Shown: positions 24,706-37,250 of the stretch, piece by piece
How the letters are laid out: the number at the start of each line of letters is the position of its first letter
Position numbering within the stretch: the stretch's first letter is position 1
Assembly (NCBI RefSeq): GCF_001194135.2
Contig: NC_068982.1
Location: 45,479,382-45,543,381 of the forward strand
DNA from: Octopus bimaculoides
Taxonomy: Eukaryota
Length of the DNA: 64,000 bases
Reading direction: 5' to 3'
The notes under the pieces: model-generated
Seen by the model: only the letters and a program-made list of their open reading frames with translations
What the model was told of the DNA's origin: nothing
The model's database searches: none
Position numbers and translations under genes: made by a program

Positions 24706-25047
24706 ATGCTTCCGCTCTAATGCTAAAGCCAGTGTCGTATATGCACACGGGTCCTCCGCAGTCAAAGGTGGCCTATGACCTAATGCAAAGAGCACAGCAA
24801 TATGACAAAATAAGACAAAAAAAAAACATATCAGTCACTCTCTAGTATCAGTCATTCTTCCTAAGCCACCCTGATACCAGTCACTCTCCTTAAGCCACCT
24901 CATTTCCCTCACACTAATACTCTCGCACTCTTCCCAGTTTTTCCCATATATATATATGTTTATATATATTTTTTTATATACCAAAAATTTAGCAAAAGAA
25001 TATAGTATCTGTTAACAATCTTAGCAAAATGCTCACAGTTGAGTTTT

Positions 25048-25094
<47 letters not shown>

Positions 25095-25257
25095 TTTAAA
25101 TAGAGCTCAAAACTGATCCATTGAAAATACTTTAATATAATAATGATAATGAAAAAGACCTATGAACATTTCGATGCAATATCCAGAATGATTCATACAT
25201 ATTATAAAATATGGGATACTCCATCTCCTCGGGGTCGCATTATTATTGTTGTTATTA

Positions 25258-25296
<39 letters not shown>

Positions 25297-25515
25297 GTAA
25301 TATGCAGCCAATAAAAATAGAAAACACTCAAATCCAATTTTCATAGTTGACCCATGAAAATATACAAAACAGGATGAAAAGGTATGAGATGATATACAAC
25401 CGTTCATCGTANNNNNNNNNNNNNNNNNNNNNNNNNNNNNNNNNNNNNNNNNNNNNNNNNNNNNNNNNNNNNNNNNNNNNNNNNNNNNNNNNNNNNNNNN
25501 NNNNNNNNNNNNNNN

Positions 25516-25573
<58 letters not shown>

Positions 25574-26789
25574 TATACACATATTGGTGATAACAACAAC
25601 AGGAGGTTGTAAACAATACCTTTCCGTGTTCTTTTTTTTATTGTAACTTTCAACTTCGAAATGTACACCTCTTTAGCAACTGCAAGTTACAATGTCACCA
25701 ACTCCTGCTCTGGTGAAACAGAAGTCGTTTTACTGAAAATTAACGGAATAATACATCGGTTTACTGCTTTGAATATTTCTATGACTATCACACACACACA
25801 AAAAAAAAAGAAAAAAAAAGAAAGGAAAGAAAATCTCATTCTCTTCTTCTCAGCTTGAAAACAATCTCTTTCATTGATAGCCTTGTGAGTTGATAATTCT
25901 CTTAAGTGTTGTAAAGTTGCAAATGGTGAAATATCAAAGGATCTTACGTTCCATTTTCTCAACAAATATATTCGAAGTTTTACAAATCTCTGATGCAGTT
26001 TGTCATTCTCTTTGGAAAAGTGGATTAAGTTCACTTTAGTCTGTAAGTATTCAGTGAGCCATTCATCATGATTTCTGTTATGTTTTCTTCTGAGAGAATC
26101 AATGTAATTTTTATAACTTGATTTTATTTCGAGATAATCTTGCTAATATTTTATGTCTCTTCAAACATATTCGAACACAGCGTAGTGTTAAGATAAATTT
26201 GTTGCACAAATTAGTTTTCTGGTGTAAATTCTTCGTCAACTACAATGGTTTATAATATGTTTCTTACATCAATCACCAATATTAGGCTATGTTGAGTGCT
26301 AGTATTTTCTTCCAAGCATAAAGTCTGATACCAATGTGACAATATTAAATCTTTCAAAGACAATATGAAATACAATTGCGTTTTAATCTTATATTCTGTT
26401 GATAAACGATCTGACGGTGTAAGAGAGACAGTAACGCTTCGCATTAAAAGCTTAAAGGTACTTAGTTATATCTTTATATATTATGAATTTCACTCAGCGA
26501 TGCCGATTTTGTCTTTCATGAATCCAGGGTCGACAAAATAAATACTATTAAATAAGTTAGGGAATGTATTGAGATTGATCCGGGCGACTCTGCTATTCCC
26601 TTACCTCAATGTAAGAATTTATACTTGTCCCACGGAGTTCAATATTATATATTTTTATTTAACGACTGAAAATATCTGCGAACATATAACCATATACACA
26701 TGTATCACCCACTTGTGTGTGTCGTATACTTTGAATACAATGCCTTGACATTGGTGGTTTTTGAAGGAAATATAAATACAGTTCGTGTG

Positions 26790-28152
26790 ATTAGAAGTTT
26801 TGCTTCACAAGCATATGGTTTCGGGTTCAGTCCCACGGTGCGGAGCCTTGGACAAATGTGTTCTACTTTAGCTTCGAGTCGACCAAAGCCTTGTGTGTGG
26901 ATTTGGTAGACGGAAACTGAAAGATCGATTCCCAGACTGGGCATTGCGTTGTGTTCTTGAACGAAATACTTCATTTCGCGTTGCTCTGTTATCTTTTCGT
27001 TGTCTGACATGTGCAAGTCGTGCACCTATGTGTAGGTTATGTCGATTGGATGAAGAGAGTGAACTTATGTGAACGCAAACATTTGATCAGTATAAACAAA
27101 TCAAATGTGTGGTTGTCCAGCAACAAATTGCAGAGACCTCATCCGACATCTAAAGATGAGAGAGTCCCTCACACGCGCGCACACGCACACACACACACGC
27201 ACACACACATACATGTATTTTATTTATGCGCGTGTGTCTTTGTGCCCCACCTCAGCTTGACAACCGGTGTTGGTGTGTTTACGGCCCTGTAATTTAGCAG
27301 CTCCGCAGAAGTAACAGATAGAATAAGTACCAAGATTTACAAAAAAAAAAAAATACTGGGATCGATTCGTTCGACTAAAGTTCTTCAAGGTGGTGCTCCA
27401 GCATAGCCACAGGGAAATGACTGAAACAAGTAAAAGATAAAAAATAGAAGTATATAGGCCTACATAGATGTGTGCGTGCGCGTGTTTGTGTTTGTGCGTT
27501 GATGTACCTGACCGATTACTTTGGNNNNNNNNNNNNNNNNNNNNNNNNNNNNNNNNNNNNNNNNNNNNNNNNNNNNNNNNNNNNNNNNNNNNNNNNNNNN
27601 NNNNNNNNNNNNNNNNNNNNNNNNNNNNNNNNNNNNNNNNNNNNNNNNNNNNNNNNNNNNNNNNNNNNNNNNNNNNNNNNNNNNNNNNNNNNNNNNNNNN
27701 NNNNNNNNNNNNNNNNNNNNNNNNNNNNNNNNNNNNNNNNNNNNNNNNNNNNNNNNNNNNNNNNNNNNNNNNNNNNNNNNNNNNNNNNNNNNNNNNNNNN
27801 NNNNNNNNNNNNNNNNNNNNNNNNNNNNNNNNNNNNNNNNNNNNNNNNNNNNNNNNNNNNNNNNNNNNNNNNNNNNNNNNNNNNNNNNNNNNNNNNNNNN
27901 NNNNNNNNNNNNNNNNNNNNNNNNNNNNNNNNNNNNNNNNNNNNNNNNNNNNNNNNNNNNNNNNNNNNNNNNNNNNNNATACATATATACGACGGGCTTC
28001 TTTCAGTTTCCGCCTACCAAATCCACTCACAAGGCTTTGGTCGGCCCGAGGCTATAGTAGAAGACACTTACCCAAGGTGCTACGCAGTGGGACTGAACCC
28101 AGAACCATGTGGTTGGTAAGCAGGCTACTTACCACACAACCACTCCTACGCC
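26790..28152. mobile_element. SINE family A fragments (+ at ~26790-26930 and ~27230-27440; - at ~27979-28152)
   Basis: Same diagnostic blocks as the other family A copies. Confidence 0.75.
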
Positions 28153-29770
28153 TAAAACGTCGAATATGTATTACGTAAAAGTAATTTTTGCTCTTCATTT
28201 CAAAATGGCTTCAAAGCCAATTATGTATGACAAAAAGCACAACTAAATCTAAATACGTTATATTACGCAGACATCAACAGTTCCGTGACATTCTTAACAA
28301 AATCTTATTTTTTCAAAAATAGCCAATTCATAACTACAAATGACTTGCAGATTGTACTGCGTAAAACAGCATTTGCTTGAACTCATTGAAGCGACTACAG
28401 GATGGTTTATTATCTATTGTATGAAAACTTTCCTCATGGCAGATTATAACAAAGCATCAATTCTTTATAGCAGAGCCTTTTTGTTGACCAGTCAACGTTG
28501 ATGGATGAAAGCGAGAAAGAAACGACGACTCATGAGCTATTCTTAGACTAGTGACCTGTTCTGAATGCTTGAAACTGAATGGGTTCCGCTAAAGAATGGT
28601 TCCACTCGAGGATCAAGCTGCAGCCTTTAGCCACAATACGGTTTAAGCTTCTGTGCATTTCTGGTCTATAACTAACCTATTTGACTCACAAAACTTGGAG
28701 CATTTCACGGCGAATAATGTACATGCACGTATAAGTCGCAATCTTTAATTTGAAAAGCAAAGAATGAAAGGCAAAGGTGACCTTGACGAAATACTGCAAA
28801 GAATTTCGGCTGGTGTACTAATGATTCAGCTAGCTCGCCGCCTTAATACTTCCTGAAATATTATTAGCAAAGTTACTGCTATTGACAGAAAGTGGAAGGT
28901 CTCTAAGACAATGTTAGCTTCAGAAATATAAACTTATTTTAGTGACGTCAGCTTCTGAACACGCTTTTTCTGGTGTATTGAAAAAAAAAAAGAAAGAAAG
29001 AAAGAAAAGAAAGAAAAGAAAAGAGAAATAATATATTCCAGTATAGATCATAGAATATCTACTTGTCAAAATTAGACACAATAACACTAAAAGAGGAAGC
29101 ACTGACAAAAAAACAAAAAACAAAAAAAAACCCAAAAAGAAAAAAATAAACAAACAAACATCAAAAACTCCCTCAAAGATATAGAAATAATTTATGTTCA
29201 AAAAAAGAAAGAGAAAAGAAGATGGAAGATAATAGGACAGAAAATGACTTTTGAGAAGAGATGAAAAGAAAATAGCAGAAGCAGAAATAGAAAACTACTT
29301 ACAAAAGAGGATAAACATTGCGTAATTTTCAAAAGATGAAACAAACGTTATCTATCTTAGTATAGCTTAGTCTTCCTGCCGAAATAATTTTGTTACGTTA
29401 TTTTCGAGTTATTACTTCCGACAGTGTCAACAACTATTCTGTTAGAAAACGTCGTATACAGTCTTATTTATGTTTTCTAAGTGAAAATAAACATTGGTAA
29501 TGAAATATTAATTTACTTTGAATAATTAGATTGATCTCTCTCAAATTAAGGGTAACTTCCGTTTGCCCTCATATCTTAAGTAAATTCCAAGAGAACCATA
29601 TTTGGAGGTAACTGTTTTATTGAACTGCTTGGTTATGGGACCCGTTAGAAAGTTCAATAGTTAAGCAAAGATGGCATAGAGCCCAGCTGAAGGCGTAACA
29701 CATAACTAAAGATATTTAGCGCATGCCATTTCCGTCCACCTGGTTATAAATAACAACGTAGAATTGATGC

Positions 29771-30137
29771 TTGTTGGCACTCCGTCGCTTACGACGTCAA
29801 GGGTTCCAGTTGATCCGATCAATGGAACAGCCTGCACTTGAAATTAACGTGCAAGTGGCTGAGCACTTCACAGACACGTGTATCCTTAATGTAGTTCTCG
29901 GGGATATTCAGCGTGACACAGTGTGACAAGGCTGGCCCTTTGAAATACAGGTACAACAGAAACAGGAAGTAAGAGTGAGAGAAAGTTGTGGTGGAAGAGT
30001 ACAGCAGGGTTCGCCACCATCTCCTGCCGGAGCCTCGTGGAGCTTTAGATGTTTTCGCTCAATAAACACTCACAACGGCCGGTCTGGGAATCGAAACCGC
30101 GAGTCCGCTGCCCTAACCACTGGGCCATTGCGTCTCC
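29771..30137 (-). mobile_element. SINE family B, full length, 12-bp TSD
   Basis: TSD TAGAATTGATGC at 29759-29770 and 30138-30149. Confidence 0.92.
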
Positions 30138-30543
30138 TAGAATTGATGCAGTCTAGTATTAAAAGTGACAGAGTCAGTATATATATATATATATACACAT
30201 TTGTGTTGACTTACGATAGTATCTTTCTATAAATATGTACATATAATTACTGCAGTTCAGTGCTAAATGCAGCGGAGACAGTATAGCATTTTGATGTTAA
30301 CTTGCAATACTAGGCCTTCATATGAAACATTGAACAAGAAGTAGACAAGAAAACGAAGAGAAGCCAGATCAAGTATGCAATTGTTTATTTAGTAAATAGT
30401 AATAAAAATTCTCTGCTCCTCAGATCAATTACTGCTGTATCATGAAGGTGAGGGAAATGCATTGCAACAGGTGAATTATATAAACAACTTTGCAGAGGAA
30501 AAAAAAAGGTCATGACCACAGTTTGAATGCCTGTTCAACAATA

Positions 30544-30606
30544 GAAATAGCGCAAAAGAACAATGATGACGACAATGACAGCAGCAGCAGCAACAGCAGC
30601 AGCAGC

Positions 30607-30637
<31 letters not shown>

Positions 30638-30662
30638 CTATCACCATTATCATTATCATCAT

Positions 30663-30693
<31 letters not shown>

Positions 30694-30702
30694 AGCAGCA
30701 GA
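30544..30702. repeat. Compound trinucleotide repeat (CAG)(CAC)(CAT)(CAG)
   Basis: Direct reading; no splice or coding context found. Confidence 0.9.
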
Positions 30703-32800
30703 AAAGAAAAATGCAAGAAATATACAGATTTCTGAATATCGGGAGATTGTTCTGCGGGCGACATTCAATGGTACGGGAGTTTGCTTGAATCTTTTCTGCT
30801 TGATTGCCAATTTTCAGTCTCTTCAATTCCTGCTCGAATTGATTTCATATTCGGTGTAATGCTATAGTTTTATATGCTAATCAATGGCTTGACATTCATT
30901 TTCGCCATAAATCAATAAACAAAGAGTTCAAATTTTGGGTAATTTTAGCCAGTCGTAAGCTACAGACGCTTTCATGCCTGTTTCCATAGTAACGAACTAA
31001 GCACGAGACCTCTCTTGTCTGCGAGAAAGCACATGTTGACAAATATATTCTATTCACTAATGTAGTGGTGAGATGTTCTAAAAATAACAGCTAAATAGGC
31101 CTTAAATCACACACCACCCATGTCTTTGCTTTGGTTTTTGCCTAATCGTATGAATTCTCGTGTGTAGAACACAAATTCGCTAAAATTTTCTGAAAATTCC
31201 AAAAAATAAAAAGTTACGAGGGGTTATATCGCGTGCGTAAAGTCGAATTCGACTAGTATTTTGTTTACAGTTGACAACACGTGCTGTCATGCACAAAATG
31301 GCAGCTTCCAATTCCTGTTTTCCGACAGGGTCGAAATGATCAAACTTTAAACCACTATAACTTTAAAAAAATTTTTTTTAGAAAAAGTGAGCTATCTCCT
31401 GAGATTCAGCTTGGAAAACTACATTCTTTTCTGCTCTAGGCACACGGCCCAACATTTTGGGGGAGGGGGGCCAGTCGATTAGATCGACCCCAATACACAA
31501 CTGGTACTTAACTTATCGACCCCGAAAGGATGAAAGGCAAAGTCAACCTCGGCGGAATTTGAACTCAGAACGAAAAGACAGAAGAAATACCGCGAAGCAT
31601 ATCGCCCGGCGCGCTAACCTTTCTGCCAGCTCGCCACCTTTGGAAACTACATTAATGTACCAAATTTTAGAATTTTCAATAANNNNNNNNNNNNNNNNNN
31701 NNNNNNNNNNNNNNNNNNNNNNNNNNNNNNNNNNNNNNNNNNNNNNNNNNNNNNNNNNNNNNNNNNNNNNNNNNNNNNNNNNNNNNNNNNNNNNNNNNNN
31801 NNNNNNNNNNNNNNNNNNNNNNNNNNNNNNNNNNNNNNNNNNNNNNNNNNNNNNNNNNNNNNNNNNNNNNNNNNNNNNNNNNNNNNNNNNNNNNNNNNNN
31901 NNNNNNNNNNNNNNNNNNNNNNNNNNNNNNNNNNNNNNNNNNNNNNNNNNNNNNNNNNNNNNNNNNNNNNNNNNNNNNNNNNNNNNNNNNNNNNNNNNNN
32001 NNNNNNNNNNNNNNNNNNNNNNNNNNNNNNNNNNNNNNNNNNNNNNNNNNNNNNNNNNNNNNNNNNNNNNNNNNNNNNNNNNNNNNNNNNNNNNNNNNNN
32101 NNNNNNNNNNNNNNNNNNNNNNNNNNNNNNNNNNNNNNNNNNNNNNNNNNNNNNNNNNNNNNNNNNNNNNNNNNNNNNNNNNNNNNNNNNNNNNNNNNNN
32201 NNNNNNNNNNNNNNNNNNNNNNNNNNNNNNNNNNNNNNNNNNNNNNNNNNNNNNNNNNNNNNNNNNNNNNNNNNNNNNNNNNNNNNNNNNNNNNNNNNNN
32301 NNNNNNNNNNNNNNNNNNNNNNNNNNNNNNNNNNNNNNNNNNNNNNNNNNNNNNNNNNNNNNNNNNNNNNNNNNNNNNNNNNNNNNNNNNNNNNNNNNNN
32401 NNNNNNNNNNNNNNNNNNNNNNNNNNNNNNNNNNNNNNNNNNNNNNNNNNNNNNNNNNNNNNNNNNNNNNNNNNNNNNNNNNNNNNNNNNNNNNNNNNNN
32501 NNNNNNNNNNNNNNNNNNNNNNNNNNNNNNNNNNNNNNNNNNNNNNNNNNNNNNNNNNNNNNNNNNNNNNNNNNNNNNNNNNNNNNNNNNNNNNNNNNNN
32601 NNNNNNNNNNNNCAGTTGTTTTTTTTTGTTGTTGCAGTCAATGTTGCTGTTTGGCTCGGATGACGGCCCTACTCATACACACCTATGGTCAAAAATGTCC
32701 TTGCTCTAACCCCATGGTCTTATATTTAATAATACTACTGTAATATGGAGTCGGTCAGTCAAATCTGAGCTTTGTTATAATAATTATTTTTTAAATTTAT

Positions 32801-33083
32801 ATTATTTACATTTGACGGATATTTGTCCTAATCTTGTTTGTTGTTAACACAACGTTTCGGCTGATATATCCTCTAGCCTAGGTTCTTATTCCGGAGGTAT
32901 ATTTCGATATAATAATAATAATAATAAGTATTATCCAGGTCACTGCCTGGAATCGAACTCGGAATCTTGGGCTTAGTAGCCCGCGCTCTTAACCACTACG
33001 CCACATGCCCGTGGGCATATCCGTCAAATGTAAATAATGTAAATAATGTACATAATTCCTCATCTCTTAAATATAGAACTGTA
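32801..33083 (-). mobile_element. tRNA-headed element with a partial hammerhead and an inverted copy of its 3' end (family E)
   Basis: Minus strand: A box TGGCGTAGTGG, B box GAGTTCGATTCC, (ATT)n, GGCT..AGCC-GAAACGT. A 22-bp perfect inversion links 32801-32822 and 33017-33038. Second copy at 63770-64000. Confidence 0.75.
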
Positions 33084-33679
33084 TTATTTTTTTTTTGTTA
33101 TGGAGTAAGATATGGTCTAAGTGGCATTGTTGTCATTCGCTGTCTTGTCTGATGAAAAGTTATTATTCTTCTCTAACCCCAAGGTGACTCTCAAATGGAG
33201 AAAATGTATCCCTTTTGGGGGCTATCTAAAATTACATTATCACATGAGGCATTCTCTTCAACGGCAGTATGGTTTAAAAGAAAATTAGTCATTATTTCAG
33301 GTAGGCTGAGTAAAGAATTAGAAATTATCAAGCGGACTCTAAGTCATCTTAAACAGTAGGGGATGTTTTTACCTTTCCTGTATATGTTCAAATATTTTGG
33401 TTATTGAGACAACTGCATCATATAAGAGAAATACCCTGTTATAATTCATTGTTATGGCAGTTTTTTCCAACTGAATACTAGATTTTTGGATTAACTTACG
33501 CTACAAAATTTCATGATTATAATGAAAGGAAAAAACTGTTTATTTCGTTACTTACATTTTCACCCACATCTGGCAATGATCCTGAAATGGTTAAAGGCTA
33601 CATCGACTTTGGAGTGAAGATGGTGAATATGACTCGAAAACAACTGTCACTATGCAATTTTTCCGACACATTGATTCCT

Positions 33680-33908
33680 GTCAACTTTTATTCTTTTACT
33701 TGTTTCAGTCATTTGACTGCGGCCATGCTGAAGCACCACCTTGTACACACACACACACACACACACACCTATACGCATACCCCTCATATTTATTAATATT
33801 TATCAGAAGTAACAGAGTGACTCAAGGTACAAAAGTTTCGTGCGTTGGCACTTAAATATACATATACTCATATTTTGAGCTCTATTGTTGCTGTTTGCAT
33901 CAGCATAC

Positions 33909-33947
<39 letters not shown>

Positions 33948-34215
33948 ACGGGGATGTAAATAAACCAGTACCGGTATTCAAACGGTGGTGGGGGACAAAC
34001 AAAGACACAAGGTCACAAACGCCTATACACATACTCACAGACACAAACACACACACATACGACAGGTTTCTTCCCGTTTCCGCCAACCAAATCTACTCAC
34101 AAGATTTTGGTCGGCTCGAGATTATAGAAGTCACTTGCCCAAGTTGCTACGCAGTGAGATTGAACCCGGAACTATGTGGTTGGGAAGCAAACATCTCGCT
34201 ACAGAGTCACGCCTG
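33680..34215 (-). mobile_element. Diverged SINE family A fragments
   Basis: TTTTACTTGTTTCAGTCATTTGACTGCGGCCATGCTG tail and CCAAATCTACTCACAAG...TTGAACCCGGAAC head. Confidence 0.7.
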
Positions 34216-34407
34216 AAAGGTGTATACTTCCTTACTACACAGATTTATATGCATAGCACATTTTCATGACATCACATGATTCACAGGAAAAACGTATATG
34301 AACTTACAAATTCTATGGAGGAAGTGTGGCATCAAAAATCTATGAAATCCCATATATAATTATATGCACATATTCAAACATGAGCAAAACGCATGTTGCA
34401 GAGGGTA

Positions 34408-34695
34408 TTGTTGGTTGTTAGCACTCCGTCGCTTACGACGTCGAGGGTTCCAGTTGATCCGATCAACGGAACAGCCTGCTCGTGAAATTAACGTGCAAGT
34501 GGCTGAGAACTCCACAGAGAGAAAGTAATGGAGCAAGAGTACAGCAGGGTTCACCACCATCCCCTGCCGGAGCCTCGAGGAGCTTTTGGTGTTTTCGTTC
34601 AATAAACACTCACAACGCCCGGTCTGGGAATCGAAACCGCGATCCTATGACCGCGAGTCCGCTACCCTAACCACTGGGTCATTGCGACTCCCCTG
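34408..34695 (-). mobile_element. SINE family B with an internal deletion
   Basis: GCACTCCGTCGCTTACGACG... tail joined directly to AGAGAAAGT...GGGAATCGAAACC head. Confidence 0.85.
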
Positions 34696-35221
34696 CAGGG
34701 GGTATATATATATTGTAAACATCATCGACAATCATACTCAATGTATGTGTTTTATTTGTTCGCTGCTTCGCTGCAGTATGGCGTTTAGGAGACGACTCCC
34801 TCATCGCTGGGTGTTAAGACACATGACAGTCATAGATAGGCAAGACAACACNNNNNNNNNNNNNNNNNNNNNNNNNNNNNNNNNNNNNNNNNNNNNNNNN
34901 NNNNNNNNNNNNNNNNNNNNNNNNNNNNNNNNNNNNNNNNNNNNNNNNNNNNNNNNNNNNNNNNNNNNNNNNNNNNNNNNNNNNNNNNNNNNNNNNNNNN
35001 NNNNNNNNNNNNNNNNNNNNNNNNNNNNNNNNNNNNNNNNNNNNNNNNNNNNNNNNNNNNNNNNNNNNNNNNNNNNNNNNNNNNNNNNNNNNNNNNNNNN
35101 NNNNNNNNNNNNNNNNNNNNNNNNNNNNNNNNNNNNNNNNNNNNNNNNNNNNNNNNNNNNNNNNNNNNNNNNNNNNNNNNNNNNNNNNNNNNNNNNNNNN
35201 NNNNNNNNNNNNNNNNNNNNN

Positions 35222-35523
35222 CTTAGTGCATTCCGCTCACGATCGTAAGGTCGTGAGTTCAGTTCCCGGTGACGCGTTGTGTCCTTGAGCAAGACGCTTT
35301 ATTTCACGTTGCTCCAGTCCACTCAGCTGGCAAAAATGAGTAGTATCTGTATTATAAAGGGCCAGCCTTGTCACACTCTGTGTCACACCGAATCACCCTG
35401 AGAACTACGTTAAGGGTACACGTGTCTGTGGAGTGCTCAGCCACTTGCACGTTTATTTCACGAGCAAGCTGTTCCGTTAATCGTATCAGCTTGGACCCTC
35501 GTCGTCGCAACTGACGGAGTGCT
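35222..35523 (+). mobile_element. SINE family C head with the family B tail
   Basis: GGTCGTGAGTTCAGTTCCCGG...GTCCTTGAGCAAGAC...AAAGGGCCAGCCTTGTCACAC...GACGGAGTGC. Confidence 0.85.
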
Positions 35524-35526
35524 TCA

Positions 35527-35578
<52 letters not shown>

Positions 35579-35581
<3 letters not shown>

Positions 35582-36649
35582 AAACAAAATTAAGGGATCA
35601 GGAACAGGTTGCTTCACCACATACCGAAGTTCAGAAATAGCAGCTAAAATGCTGAAACTCCAACAGATAGCAATTACCTGCAACTCATATAGGCAAAACA
35701 AGAAGAAAAATAACGAACTAAACTAGCCCTAGTTAATCATATACATGTTTCTGACTTAGAAGGAAAAACTCTTCATTACCTCATCGGTATGATATTCCAG
35801 TTGCAAATTCGACGATACTGGCAAATGTGCATGTATGACCGAGCGCCATCATAGCAATCGACACAGTTTGAAAGTATCTCCAAATCTACATAGGCGAGCC
35901 AGCCCATCATCTCCCCTCAAGAATTACTATGTGCGCCCTTCGGTATGTAAGCACCATTATCGGTGAGGAACTTATTTAAAAGTTCTTATACATTTATAAA
36001 CAAAATGAAGGGATCAAGAACAAGTTGCTTCACCACATAAAAGGGTAAAGGATTATCAATTTATTAATAAATTAATAAATTGATAATCCTTTACCCCTTT
36101 AATTGTAATAGTTATTCACTCCCGGATAGTAAACCACAGATTTTCTGCGGTACCGCCTGCGACGCACATGGTAATTCTTGAGGGGAGATGATGGGCTGGC
36201 TCGCCTATGTAGATTTGGAGATACTTTCAAACTGTGTCGATTGTTATGATGGCGCTCGGTCATACATGCACATTTGCCAGTATCGTCGAATTTGCAACTG
36301 GAATATCATACCGATGAGGTAATGAAGAGTTTTTCCTTCTAAACCAGAAACATGTATACGATTAACTATGGCTAGTTTAGTTCGTTATTTTTCTTCTTGT
36401 TTTGCCTATGTGAGTTGCAGGTAATTGCTATCTGTTGGAGTTTCAGCATTTTAGCTGCTATTTCTGAACTTCGGTATGTGGTGAAGCAACCTGTTCCTGA
36501 TCCCTTAATTTTGTTTATAAATGTATAAGACCTTTTAAATAAGTTCCTCACCGATAATGGTGCTTACATACCGAAGGGCTTGGTAAAAATTATTAATTAT
36601 TAATTTATTAATAAATTAATAAATTGATAATCCTTTACCCTTTTAATTG

Positions 36650-36651
<2 letters not shown>
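35579..36651. repeat. Nested inverted duplication (357-bp arms plus a 105-bp secondary arm and a 23-bp hairpin) flanked by (TCTA)n
   Basis: 35579-35935 is the reverse complement of 36163-36519; 35935-36039 of 36475-36579; 36043-36065 of 36074-36096. Confidence 0.9.
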
Positions 36652-36686
<35 letters not shown>

Positions 36687-36690
36687 GTCA

Positions 36691-36734
<44 letters not shown>

Positions 36735-36793
36735 GCTTGCCTGCCTGTCTGCCTGTCTGTGCGTCCGTCTGTCTGTCTGTACCTGTATATATA

Positions 36794-37022
36794 GGTTAAA
36801 GCAGTGAGGAAGGACAAACAATTAGGCAAGGCGCGACAAGAACATTTAATTTTTTAAAATTTAATCTAAATTTAGTTACATACCAAATGGTAAAAGGTAA
36901 TTTTTACCATTCGTTATGATTGAATTAAATGATTTTTACCATTCCTTTACATTGAATGAAATGAAATTAAATGTCCTTGTCATGCCTTGCCTAATTGCTC
37001 GTTTTTCTTCACTACTTTAACC
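36794..37022. mobile_element. MITE (~229 bp) with ~60-bp TIRs
   Basis: GGTTAAAGCAGTGAGGAAGGACAAACAATTAGGCAAGGCGCGACAAGAACATTTAATTT is inverted as AAATTAAATGTCCTTGTCATGCCTTGCCTAATTGCTCGTTTTTCTTCACTACTTTAACC; TA on both sides. Confidence 0.8.
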
Positions 37023-37197
37023 TATTCCTACTGACTCAAAGGGAAGCCATCTTTAGCCGTTTTGAACAAGACAATCACACAACCGCAACTTCAACTGCTG
37101 TTCAAACTGGAACCTTGGTGGCACACCTATACGAGCACTCAGAACGCATACCTATTAATCTGAGTCATCCTGACGAAAACTTCTCATATCCCACCTC

Positions 37198-37250
<53 letters not shown>

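Noticed and set aside
25687-26034. WNVRS motif as an APE endonuclease start
   Set aside because: No following QE or other endonuclease motifs, and the frame runs into poly-T/CA.
30490-30859. Poly-A/P/S ORFs suggesting a transcription-factor exon
   Set aside because: All frames read as homopolymers of a compound microsatellite, with no domain or splice support.
31457-32743. Long ORFs in the track (also 17242, 27224, 44399, 58757 and others)
   Set aside because: They consist of X residues from N-gaps and are not coding evidence.
36548-36579. CCGATAA-TGGT..ACC-GAAG hammerhead look-alike
   Set aside because: Three core positions deviate and I found no stem I or stem III pairing.
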